From: Marsupella aquatica
Taxonomy: Eukaryota > Plantae > Marchantiophyta
Reading direction: 5' to 3'
Assembly (NCBI GenBank): GCA_973895155.1
Contig: OZ316892.1
Coordinates: 3,723,223 to 3,787,222 of the forward strand
DNA: 64,000 nucleotides
Part shown: piece by piece, positions 43,140 through 53,999 of the stretch
Layout of the letters: each line of letters opens with the position of its first letter
How positions within the stretch are numbered: the first letter of the stretch is position 1
Position numbers and translations under genes: made by a program
The notes under the pieces: generated by a model
What the model saw: only the letters and a program-made list of their open reading frames with translations
Database searches by the model: none
Told to the model about the DNA's origin: nothing

Positions 43140-46100
43140 TCAAACTTGGTCCTCATCCTCTTCAGGTTGGGACACAACCAGAATATCTGCTTTTCCCCAA
43201 CAACTGAACGAGATCGTGGCACATATGTGATGACAAGTGACCATTCCTCTGGGTTTGGGGGGTATGGAATATAGAAATATTGTTCCACATGACTTGGAAA
43301 AGTGAACGGCTCTGATGTTTGCCAATGAGATGGCTGGAAACTAGTGGCAGATGTCTTTAGCCGTGTAAATCCACACTCATCTTGAAGCACGGTGGGATTG
43401 TTACCTGCAAGGTTCACTTTGAACCACTTGCACTTGAAGACATACTCTTCAAACTTTGATTGTGCATCATAAGAGATCACTAGGATCTCCTCTATCTTTC
43501 CATAATGTGGCACAACATCTCGAATAATATTTGTGTCATGGCGACTGCTGCGGGAATCTTGAGAGAATTGTCCTTGAACTCCACAATCAAAGGTACGACC
43601 CCTCTTCTCATCAAGGGAATAAACCCTAAAATCCACCAAACCATAAGGACATGTTACAAAAATAGGCATAAACATATAACAATTCATATCACATGCCAAA
43701 AAATTGTCTCTTCAATATATGTGGGTGTATTACACATAAATTAAAATCACCATAGATGAAAGGTTACTAAGGTACTTGGAAATAACCTGAAATGTCTCCC
43801 TTGTGTCCACATTGCCGTCCTTGTTGTAACCATTCTCAAGGGACAATGAACAATGGTACGGACATCATCTGTGATAGCTGGAAAATGTAATACATTCTCT
43901 CCCCTCGCTACCATGTCATCCACCTCAACCAACTTCTCCTTCATGTAGTCATGGTACTTTGGAAAGATCCTTGGTCTTCTACTGGTACTTTTGGCATCCT
44001 CATAGAAATCCCTCCATTCTTCCATGATAGTGCTGTTACTCAACATGAATGTGGTTAGTTGTTTCAACTCCACTGGTGTCAACATGCGGGTTTTGATAGC
44101 ACCTGTTAAACGATCCTCCTCATCTTCCCTCTCCTCTACCCAAGTACGGGGAGAGGTACGATCAATTGTGGCTAATATGTTACTGCAATAGAACATACTC
44201 TCTGCTGCCAAGTATCCTGTAGCCATGCTTCCCTCAACCCGTGCCCGGTTACGTACATAACCCTTTAATACTGCCATGTACCGTTCCAACCAATACATCC
44301 ACCGACAATGCACAGGACCAGCAATGGCCACCTCATGAACAAGATGAACAAGTAAATGCACTTGGTAATCAAAAAAGGAAGGAGGAAGGGCCTTTTCTAA
44401 CTTGCATACCACCTCTGCTGCCAGTACCTCCATTCCCGGGATCTCTTCACAGTATATCTCCTTAGAACATACCCATCTCAATAGTTTTCCCAATGACCAA
44501 ATGGCATCTTGCACTTCTGAACTTGCCAAACCTATTATGGCCACGGGCAATATATGCTGCAATAACCGATGATAGTCATGCGTCTTGAGATACATTGGCC
44601 ACTTATGATTGTCCTCCATCCCAAAGGCCTTCCAGAGATTGGCACCATAACCAGTAGGAAACCGCATGCCTCCTATGTGATTCCTAAACTCCCTTCTCTG
44701 GCCAACAGGAAGCACCCATGGGGCTGAAGGTCGATGTTCTATCCCTGTGATAGGATCAATTGTGACCCATACATCTGGATGCATCTCAAGATCCTCACAA
44801 GCCTCCCTGAAGTTAGTGTCCTTTTCTCCATAGAAAGCCTTTATCAAAGCCTTTCCCACATTTCCCTCAATGTGCATGGGGTCTAATAGATGGCGGATCT
44901 TCAACTCTCCCCAATAAGGCAAAGTGGTTAATATACTCCATCTAGTCAACCCGCTACCCTCAAATTGCATGGGATCCTCCGGGTTTGCCACTCTATCAAC
45001 CAAGTCTTTCCAATGTGCAAAAGTTGTTGGCTCTGGTATATCACGTTCATCACCAAAGGGCATATCAATGGAGGAAAATAGTAGTGGGTCAAACCTCATC
45101 TGATGGCCCATTGGCAGAAACTTTGTATGCCCAAGATAAACAATCTTGTGAAGGTGTGATGAGTACTTGGCTATATCACCAAGACTTGGGCCACAAGTGG
45201 AGCAAGCCTTGTAGCCTTGGGTTTGCAACCCACTCACAAAGCCAAATCCTGGTCATATAGACACACATAATGTAGAACTAGCACATGGAAATGACGGGAT
45301 AACATGCATTATCATATCATGCTGGATGTAAACAAAAAAAGAGTGTTGTAGTTTCATAGTTCTTACCTGGGTAGTCATGCATGGTCCACATACAAACCCC
45401 TTTTAGTTTAAAAACCCGTGGGGTACCCCCTATAGTCTTTCGACCGTCATATGCCCATATTCCGTCCCATAATTTTTGGAGTTCCTCAACCACTAATGCC
45501 AAATAGGTGTCCATGTTCTTCACCTTCTTTGGCCCTGGGATAATCAAAGATAGCAATAAAAAACCCTTTTTCATGGACAACCATGGTGGAAGGTTGTAAT
45601 TCATGAGAACCACTGGCCAAACTGATGTAGGTCTCCCCTTCCCTCCAAGTGAATGAGGGCTAACCCCATCTGATGCCAACCCAAGTCGCACATGCCGAGG
45701 CTCACGCTCAAAATCTGGCCATGTTGACTCCACATGTTTATGAGCAGGAGAGTCAACTGGTAATCGCATCACACCGGGCTCCGAACGATGCTTCTTGTGC
45801 CATACCATCAACTCGGCCAAGTCAGAACATCTATACATGTGCAACAAACGAGGAATAATGGGAAACCAACGAACTACTTTTCTTGGCACCTTCCCGGTTA
45901 GCATGTTTGGGTCATACCGTGGCTCATGACATACTGTGCATTCTGTCATATGGGCTTTGTCCCCATGAAATAATATGCAATCATTCACACAGGCATGAAT
46001 GATATGGTAATCCATGCCAATGGATGAGAGAATCTTCTTTGCATCCTTCCAAGTTCCAGGCAACACATTCTCCAAGGGTAACATCAAGTCATGACAATAT

Positions 46101-46549
46101 TCAAATATGTCTGATAACATAGAATTGTTTGCCTTATGTTTGGCCTGAATGTTCAACAACCCCAATATGGCTGACAAACGACTCAACCGAGCACCCTCAA
46201 AGATAGGTGTCCGGGCATGTTCCTCAGCCTCCTTCCATTGTTGTTGTCCCTCTGGAGTATGTTGTGGTCGTGGGTCATTTTGGGGGGCAGCTCCTTCAAC
46301 ACTAATGTCAGGGATACCATCTTCAACATCAGCACCAAACCAATCAACCATGAAGTCATCCATGGCTCTGTCCTGGTCATGCATGACCTGGTCATCAGTC
46401 TGAGGTGTTGCTTCCTCATCACCATGATCACTTACATCATTACTTGATGAGGAATCATCCTCTGATGGTTCTCCCTCTTCTGGCATGCCCATCTCCCGAT
46501 ATGCTGCTCTCAACCTTCGTGGTAACATTTGTTGAGATGGTTGCACATT
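43140..46549 (-). CDS. CACTA transposase (TnpD-like; Transposase_21 / DUF4218 / DUF4216-type regions), main exons
   Basis: Motifs IHACVNDCILF, C-x2-C..PRY, RLGLASDGVSP, WPVVLMNYNLPPWL, WTMHDYPG, HLLDPMHIEGNV, LKTHDYH, FFDYQVHLLVHL, GPVHCRWMYWLERYM, FKCKWF, DECGFT, EPFTFPSHVEQYFYIP. Introns 45366-45249 and 43786-43626 (GT-AG) join the three ORFs. Probable frameshift near 43195. Confidence 0.93.
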
Positions 46550-46800
46550 CTACGCACGACACAACCAAAAAACCTCTTGATGTATATTTCACCAGGTACA
46601 ACAAAAACAGACTTCAGACCATTCATTCAAGACAAATTAACTATCAGTTTTAAGGATTGATTGCATGCATTCACATTAAGAACTTAAGTGAAGGGCCACA
46701 CCAAAATTATACTACTCCAAAATGAGGCCAGAGGACATGTATATAACATTGATAAGTGTGAAGTACACACAAGGTACAAGAGGATGTATGACGTGGCTCC

Positions 46801-47496
46801 CTAATCCCACTCATAGTGTGTGAATAACTCATCTCCAGCTCTAATAGTCCTAGTGGCAAGAACTAAGCAATGGTCCTTATGATATGTCGTTCCATATGGT
46901 GCCGGCATTGGGCCATCAGTAAAAACCCACTCACAATTGGCCCTACGCTTGGGTCGAGTCCCCACAGTACTATTTATAAAGCCAGCAATATTCCCATTAC
47001 ATACGGGATCACCGTCTATCACCCGCTGCTCACTATACCTTCTAGTGCTACCATGAAAAATATCCATCTCCAAGGCATATGTTTTCCACTCAGGATGTTG
47101 TGCAAGGATCATGTTCCAGTGTCTTCTCTTGTAGATGGGTCCACCGTATGGGAACAAAGTAGGACCCTCTCTACCATGAGCACTTGACCCACTCCCATCA
47201 TCCATGATGATATCCTCACAAGCAAATACTCCATATCCGTGTCTCTCTCCAAGTGTGGAAGCTTTCACAATACAATGTCTACCCCAAACCACAATCTCCT
47301 CATCATAACCGGGAAAATAAGGCAAGCCAAGAGTTATAGGATCCCAATCTTTGATGATAGAGGCACACTTGCCAGTGAATGAACAAATGCCCCACCTACC
47401 CTCAACTAGTGTTCTTGATGGGTCACTGGGTGCTCATGGCCTCCTCTTGGACTGGGGCCTGGACCGGGGTCTTTGTGTCTCTGTGGTGCGTCCCAT
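46801..47496 (-). CDS. Stand-alone SET-domain protein inside the CACTA element, with one in-frame TGA near the N-terminus
   Basis: ATG at 47496 (GCCATGG), 232 codons, TGA at 47434-47436. SET motifs: IVKASTLGERHGYGVFA (GxG), PYGG (YxG), IAGFINST...ANC (RFINHS-like), LATRTIRAGDELFTHY (ELxxxY). Ends 3 residues after the terminal Tyr, with no post-SET cysteines. Confidence 0.85.
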
Positions 47497-48395
47497 GGCT
47501 CCCTAAACCCAAGAAACCCCCCAACTCAAGCCGATTCCCATAGGTTTCGCGCTTGGCGAGGCCGTTTCCGCGGCTTAGCGGCATGGGACGCTACTAACCT
47601 TCTACTACTACTATTAACATTGTACACATATATACTGGACAGATCCTTCATCGGGTCATGAGATACGTAGCCGGCCTAATCTAGGCCTTCCCTCGTCTTC
47701 CCCTCCATCTTGTTAGGTATGTTTGGATTCCGCCGCCGGAATGATCCCCAATAGGCTTGGTTAAGCCGCTAAGACCTCTCTCAGCTCGACACATCCAACT
47801 CTCACTCCCCTGCTTACTTTCCTTCCTTTTGGTTGATGTGGGCACTCTTCACACAAGTTAATGCGACACACAAATAACAAAATGACTCATTCTGACTGAG
47901 TCATACCATGCACTTGCCATACAAACAGTACATCTCATACACAAGCTCTGCGAACTAAGCCGTGAGACCAACTCTATTCAGCTCTTAGGCATGAGGAAAC
48001 ATGAATATACACAAGGGTCACTGTATGACTAACCGAGAGCTTCTCGTACTACTTGATCCCAGCCCGACTGGTGCAAACTAAAAACTTGCTAAAGAAGAGG
48101 CCCTGAGCTCCCCGCTGCCCAGGTACTTATCCTGGTAGTGGATCCGCCTAATTCTTTGCAGCGTAAGCCTAATCTACCTAACAGTAATCTACTTGCCCGG
48201 ATCTACCTATGTATAGCAAGGCAGGAGCACAAGTGTTGCTCCTACCAGTGGAACCGCAATCCCACTAAGCTAAGTGTTAGGGCCGCTCCTGGTCCTGATC
48301 CTAATCCTAAACTTGGAGATCAGCGCCCGCCCTGCCCACTCACGCCTCCTCCCTCCACGTCCGCCCTTCCTAAAAGGAACGGCGCCCTTGCACTG

Positions 48396-51300
48396 TCACG
48401 ACATCGGTGGTGGATCCTTAATGGACGCCCCCAACGCTTCCTCCTCAGCCACTGCCGTAGGTTCGTTCTCTGACACATTACCTGCCCTTGACTGAGTCAA
48501 CTCTCCATCGGCCTGACTGGGTCCACCATCGGCGTCGGCATCGGCTCGGGAATCGGTTACGGCCTCCGTCTCGGCTACGGTCTCCCCGGCCTGCTCAAGA
48601 GGCGGATCTGGGATACCGGCCTCATTACTGAGTAGTTCGGCTTGGGCTGCACCATCCCCACCCTTGATGATAGCGAAATCTATTGCCGTATTCATGCCGG
48701 AGGTTGGTGCTGGGTCTACCTCCTTGGTCACCACGGCCTGTGGAGTCGAATTACTCCTTGACCCTGAAGGTTTCCGCTTCTTCTTCTTTTTTGGTTCGGC
48801 AGCTGGTCCCTTCCCCTTCCCACTTACCTCCGGCACTGGTGCAGGTGGCGCGGCTTTTTCTTCGGCCAGTACCACTCCTGGTAACTTGGTTGCCCCAATT
48901 GGAGTTGGGCCTGATGAAGACAAGCACTTAAATATTGCGGCTTGTTTCTTCAGCCGCTCTGTTTGGTTGTCGGCCCGCCGCTGGAGGTTCTCCATCTTCC
49001 TCGTGATTTCCTCCAACTCCTCCTGGGTCTCATCCAGGTCCTTGCACGCCTCCTCTAGTTCCTTCTGGGCTTCCTCCCGTTCTTTTTTCAAGGTAGTCCT
49101 CTCCTCCTGGGTTGCTCTTAGCTCCTTGTCGAGCTCTGCAATGATGACAGACTCCATCTGGTTCATCTTGGCGTAAGTCTGATCGAGCATCTCGTCCTTC
49201 TCCCTTAGGTCGGCCTTGAAGCTGGCCGTCAGGGACGCAAGCTCCTGCTGCAGCGCCATAATCCCTTGATAGGATTTCCCTAACTCGGCCTCCTTCTACT
49301 CAAGGGCTCCGCGGATTTTCTCGAGCTCCCCCTTCAACGCCCATTCCTTTCTTTGGGTCTCCGCCATGGCCCGGCTGTTGGCTATTATGTGGGCCTCCTC
49401 TGCATTCCTCAGCTCTCGCTTCCACTTCTCCCTCTCTTTGATCGTATCGGCCAACTCTCCCTGCGTCTGAGTCAGTTTATCCTTGATATTCTGATTATCA
49501 GCCTGCGCGATGTCCAACTGCCCCTGCATGATGTTCAGCTCATGCCGTTTAATCCGCAGTTCATCTTGGGCTTTCTTGGCCGCCCTTAGATCTTCAATCT
49601 CGGCTTCCATCCTCCTAAGCCGCCGAATGACCTCGTCCTTCTTGCTTCTCTCTAAAGCCACCGCTTCTTCTAATTGGTGCTTCTCCAACTGCTCCCTATG
49701 GAAAAAGGGTCCTACCTCCAACTCCTCTCCAAAGATGCCAAGCGCAAGTTCCCCACACATCTCACCATACTCCATGGCTCTATTCTTAGCGTAGGTGGAG
49801 TAAGTAGGAGTGATCGGCATCGCCCATCGCGGCCTCTGCTCCCAAGCCGTCTTGCGGATCTCTTCAATCGTGGCTAGAGGTTTGCTTCCTTTTTCGGCTA
49901 GCCGCCTGATGTCCTCCGACCAATCTCCTCCTGGTAAATCCTTTTCCCTAGCCAGGGCTGCCTCCTCTTCCTGCCTGATTCGCTCCTGAAATTCCTGCGC
50001 CATCTGTTTTATGCCGTCAAAGCTCGGGGGAGCAACATCTGGTGGGGGAGACTCAGGGCTACTCTGCTGGTTGGGGTCCCCTCGTACTACCCTTGGAAGT
50101 GTGGGGACAAACCGGCCACAGGTCCTTACTCCTGGAACGTGATGGTCCGACCCATAGCCGGAGTTATCATGGCTGCAGTCCTCCACTGCCTCCTCTACTT
50201 CTTGGACGTCCGGCTTTTCCCTCTCCTCTTCGTCGATAGGAGCTTCGGGCAATTCTGCCCCAGATTCAGAGCTTGAGACTCCCACGTACATTTGAACACC
50301 TGGCTTGGATTCCGGCCTGATTCTCTCCTTGTCTCCAGCAAAGGGGTTTTCTCTTGTGAGCCGATGTAGGCCTACCTCTGGAGTAGTGTCCTGCATTGTT
50401 GCCGTTGCCGTTGTCGTTGCCGATGCCGATCTCTTTTCTTTCTCCAGTAGTTTCAGCAGACTCTGCATGCCTGGTTGCTGCATTGGCAAGTCCTCCGTCC
50501 TTGGCCTAAACACTTGCTCGATCGTAGGGCTAACAGGTGGTTGAGGCTTCTCTGCTAACGGCCTCGGCGTTGGAGCTTCCTCGGGTGCCCTTACTTGCAG
50601 GGGAAGTATTGGGGCAAAGGTCTGACCTCTGGCATACCGGCACAATAGCGGCATGTGATAGCCAAGCCGCGACACGCTCCCCATGCCGATTACCTGCTGC
50701 TCCTCCTTTAAGATCTTCTTCAATTGGTTGAGGAGGTACCCGTTGTAGTCCCGGCTTGGGTCTGGCCTCTCTGCCAGATAGACCTGTGCTTTGCCGATCT
50801 CTGCCCTCGGCAAGTTACAATGCATGGTCACCCGCAAGAAGTCGATCATCTCTCCTATATGCGGGTTGGTGCAGGTGTTCCGGAAGAAGCCATTCTTCGT
50901 TGATGGCCCGGGGAACGACCGGAACTCCTTGTCAGGCAAGGTCTTCCTGGTATCAACTTTGGTCTTATTGCCTATCGGCAAGCCAAACACTTCGGCAATC
51001 ACTTTGGGAGTAAGATAGAAATCCTTCCCATATATCCTCGTGCAATTGGTCTCGGGTTCCCATGACCCCACGTATTCTAATAGGTCTGACTCCGGTACCT
51101 CCGGCTTCAGCCATGGTAATCTTACAAAGGCCTCTAAGCCGGATCCGGCCATGAAGCCTTGGTACTTCTTGGTCTGCATGGCCGTAAAGCATGCATCCTC
51201 CTCCCGTGCAAAATGTAGTTGCACCTCCATCGGTAGGGTTGCCGCCCAGCCCTTCCAGGTGTCATCCCTGGTTGGAATGGCCTTGATGGGATCGACCTCC

Positions 51301-52031
51301 TCCTCTTCGGCTTCTCCCTGCCTCCTGCTCTGCTGCTCGGCTGGCTTCTTTGGTGCCGCCGACCTCGTTCTTTTTGCCGGGGTGGCTTCATCGTTGACAG
51401 CTCCCTTCCTCTTCATCTCTGCTGCCGTGGAGGTTTCTCCTAGCACCGTTGCCTGGGTCCACCTTTCCGTGCTACCCTTTAATTCCCAGTGTATGTCGTT
51501 GCAGTTCTTGATGGCCTCTCGGATGCCGACGACGCTGTCTTTGCAAAACAGAAGATCGTCGAGCTGATTGGAAGTAGGAGTCCACAAGAACTCGTCCTTG
51601 ATGAGTTCGCCTCCTAAGAAAGCCGTCTTCTGCAGCTCCCACAATCGAGCGAGCTCCTGCCGTTCTCGAGCTGCCCTTTCTGATTCCTCGTCCTCGTAAG
51701 TCTTGATGTACTCAGTTGCCCGTTCGAACAGGCATCCCCAGAAATGTGCCGCTTGATTGACGTTGCTCATACCCTCCTTAGGTCGATCGTTGGTATCTAC
51801 TCTCTCCCCGAGTGCTTGCCTAAGCAGCTAACAGTAGTTGGCCTCCCGTAGTCGTCTGCCTAGTTCATGCTCGCAAATGAGCCATCGTCTCCTGCAAGCG
51901 CTCCTTACCCCTCTCCTCTTCAGGTCCTTCCTCCCGTTGATCCTTCCTAGCCGCCGACGCTTAACGCGCCCTAACCCTAATCGAGTTTTCACCCCCAGCG
52001 TCCTTACCTCCAACCTCGGCCCGGGTTCCAT
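48396..52031 (-). CDS. Large (~1210 codon) gene with a plant-mobile-domain (PMD)-like segment and long coiled coils; two in-frame TAG stops
   Basis: ORFs 52031-51828, 51770-49296 and 49259-48396 share one frame, separated only by TAG at 51828 and 49296. LLEYVGSWEPETNCTRIYGKDFYLTPKVIAEVFGLPIG resembles the PMD core (W.PET.TF....E..IT..DV....GLPI.G). E/K/R/Q-rich heptads and KKKKKRK lie in the C-terminal third. Confidence 0.6.
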
Positions 52032-52399
52032 GGTTGCCCCTAATTGTTTATATTTTCCTTGTTTTGTCCCTATACTAAGGTGTTTCTAGGGTGCCTTCCT
52101 GCTTTACCCACTTAACTGGCTGAGTGATTCCTGGCTAGGCATCACAGTCTCAGTGGGCACATGAGACTGTTCCTCTTCAGTCCCATGATTGGTACTGATC
52201 CCTACACCCAAGGCTTGTGAAAGTGCATTGCCTATAGCATCTAAAACTCCTTGTGATGGGACATAGGGTGGTGGTGTCACCGGTCTACGCATACTGGATC
52301 CCTATTCCATGCAAAAACCCACAAAAAACCATATGTGTAAACATTGATTCACTTATGAAAATATGAGGGAAAAAAGGCAAACAATTGAAATCCACGTAC

Positions 52400-52624
52400 C
52401 ATATGGGATGAAGAAGCCCCCAGAGTAAGACCCCTGTGACGTCCATATCTCTCAATATGTTGAGCACACACATAAGATTTTTGAGAAACTTGGCCCACAC
52501 ATCTGGTGCACTCACAAAGTCTCCGGGGAGGACCACGAGGACCGGTAACCTCAGGTTGAGGAGGAGGGGGTACATCATCGGAGGAGGAGTACTCACTACT
52601 GGATAGTTCAGAGGAGGATGACAT
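52400..52624 (-). CDS. Leader exon encoding a transposase-associated Cys/His domain; probable first exon of the transposase
   Basis: ATG 52624, MSSSSELSS...RLCECTRCVGQVSQKSYVCAQHIERYG (CxCxxC...H...G, as at the N-terminus of CACTA transposases). 75 codons ending in a phase-0 donor ATG|GTACGT. A second small exon starts at 52301. Confidence 0.65.
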
Positions 52625-53264
52625 ATCCACTGCCACATTACATTGCATGTAGGGCATGATTAGAATCCCTCTCGGCCAAAAAATATCCTAAAACTAAACT
52701 ACAAAAACCCTTTTTTGTTTAGCATGAAACCCAAAGGAGAGTGTCATGCACAAAAATATCACATTGTCACCCTTGGGAAAATTGTAATGGTCTAAGCCCT
52801 GAATTAGGTTAGTGAATTACCTGAATGAGACCCGGGCTCAACAGTGCCTATAGGTCGTGTGGCTCAATGAACATGAGCCAAATCTAGAAGTAGGAGGAAA
52901 ATACTGGAAACAAAATGTAAGTTTTGGATAGTCATTAGCATCTCTCAAGTTGTGGAACCCCAAACATAAGTTACACATATATATATATATATATATATTC
53001 TTGCAAAACAAAAAATGGCAAGGTTTATGAAAAATCTCCACTAACAACACTACATACATGTTATACCTTTTAGATGCCTGGGTCTCCACAATGCATATGC
53101 ATTAGACAAAAGTTAAGGAAGTAGTGATGTCCCTGGGCTGTATCATGATTACATGGGTTTTCCCCTCAATTGTTAGCATAAAAACCTCTTAGAACTTGCC
53201 CTCATAAGTTACCATAAAATTAACCCAAGTGTCCATGAAAATAGAACCTGTCTTTCCCTCCTAA

Positions 53265-53680
53265 GTTGGCCTAAACCCCAAAAGCCAAAACATAAACACC
53301 TCCTCTTACTCCAATACATATAAGCCAAACATTCATAAAATGAAATCCCCCTGGCCAAACCAAAACCCAAAACACCTCATATTACCCTCCAATCTAAGCC
53401 CAACGTACCTTCATAAAATAAACGCTCCCCCAACCAAACCAAACGTCAAACATAAAATCCCTCCATTTACCCTCCAATACACATAACCCCAACCTTCATA
53501 AAATAAAAACCCTCCCAACCAGGCAAAACCCAAAAGCCAAAATATAAATCCCCGTCTCTTACCTTCCAATATAACCCCCAACCTTCTGAAATAACACTCC
53601 CCCCCAACCAGGCCAAACCCAAAAGCCGTAACATAAGACCCCTCCTCTTACCCTCCAATGTCAGCACTTTTAAACCCCCC
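53265..53680. repeat. Degenerate A/C-rich tandem repeats (~60-65 bp) between the divergent CACTA genes
   Basis: Recurring aaaacccaaaagcc...ataa...cctc..ttaccctccaat...cttcataaaataa blocks. Confidence 0.7.
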
Positions 53681-53999
53681 AACCATTATATGATCACATG
53701 CAATGAATTACTTGTACCAAATTTAATGTTTATGACCCCTCTTAGTATCCCTGCTCACATAAAATACACATGCGAGATGGGGGTTTTCGCAAACCCAATA
53801 GCGAACACGTTTGCGAAGCTGTATTCTTCGCAAAGATAGCGTTTGCAAAGCTGGTTGAGAAGGTAGAACCATCGCAAACTGCGATGCGAATGACTTCGCA
53901 AACCCTAACTCTACTGTCCTTATCATTTGCCGAGCACGGACGAGGCGAATCCATTTCTTTCGGGCCTTGGGAGAGAGCAGCGCAGGCAAGGGAGGAGCG

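Noticed and set aside
48664-51567. Multiple plus-strand ORFs within the CACTA interior
   Set aside because: Antisense to the long coiled-coil gene; Ser/Phe-rich composition is what reverse-complemented Glu/Lys codons produce.
47500-52100. Nested LTR retrotransposon as the explanation for the PMD-like ORF
   Set aside because: No paired LTRs, PBS/PPT, TSD or gag/RT/integrase motifs were found; origin from a retroelement remains possible but unsupported here.
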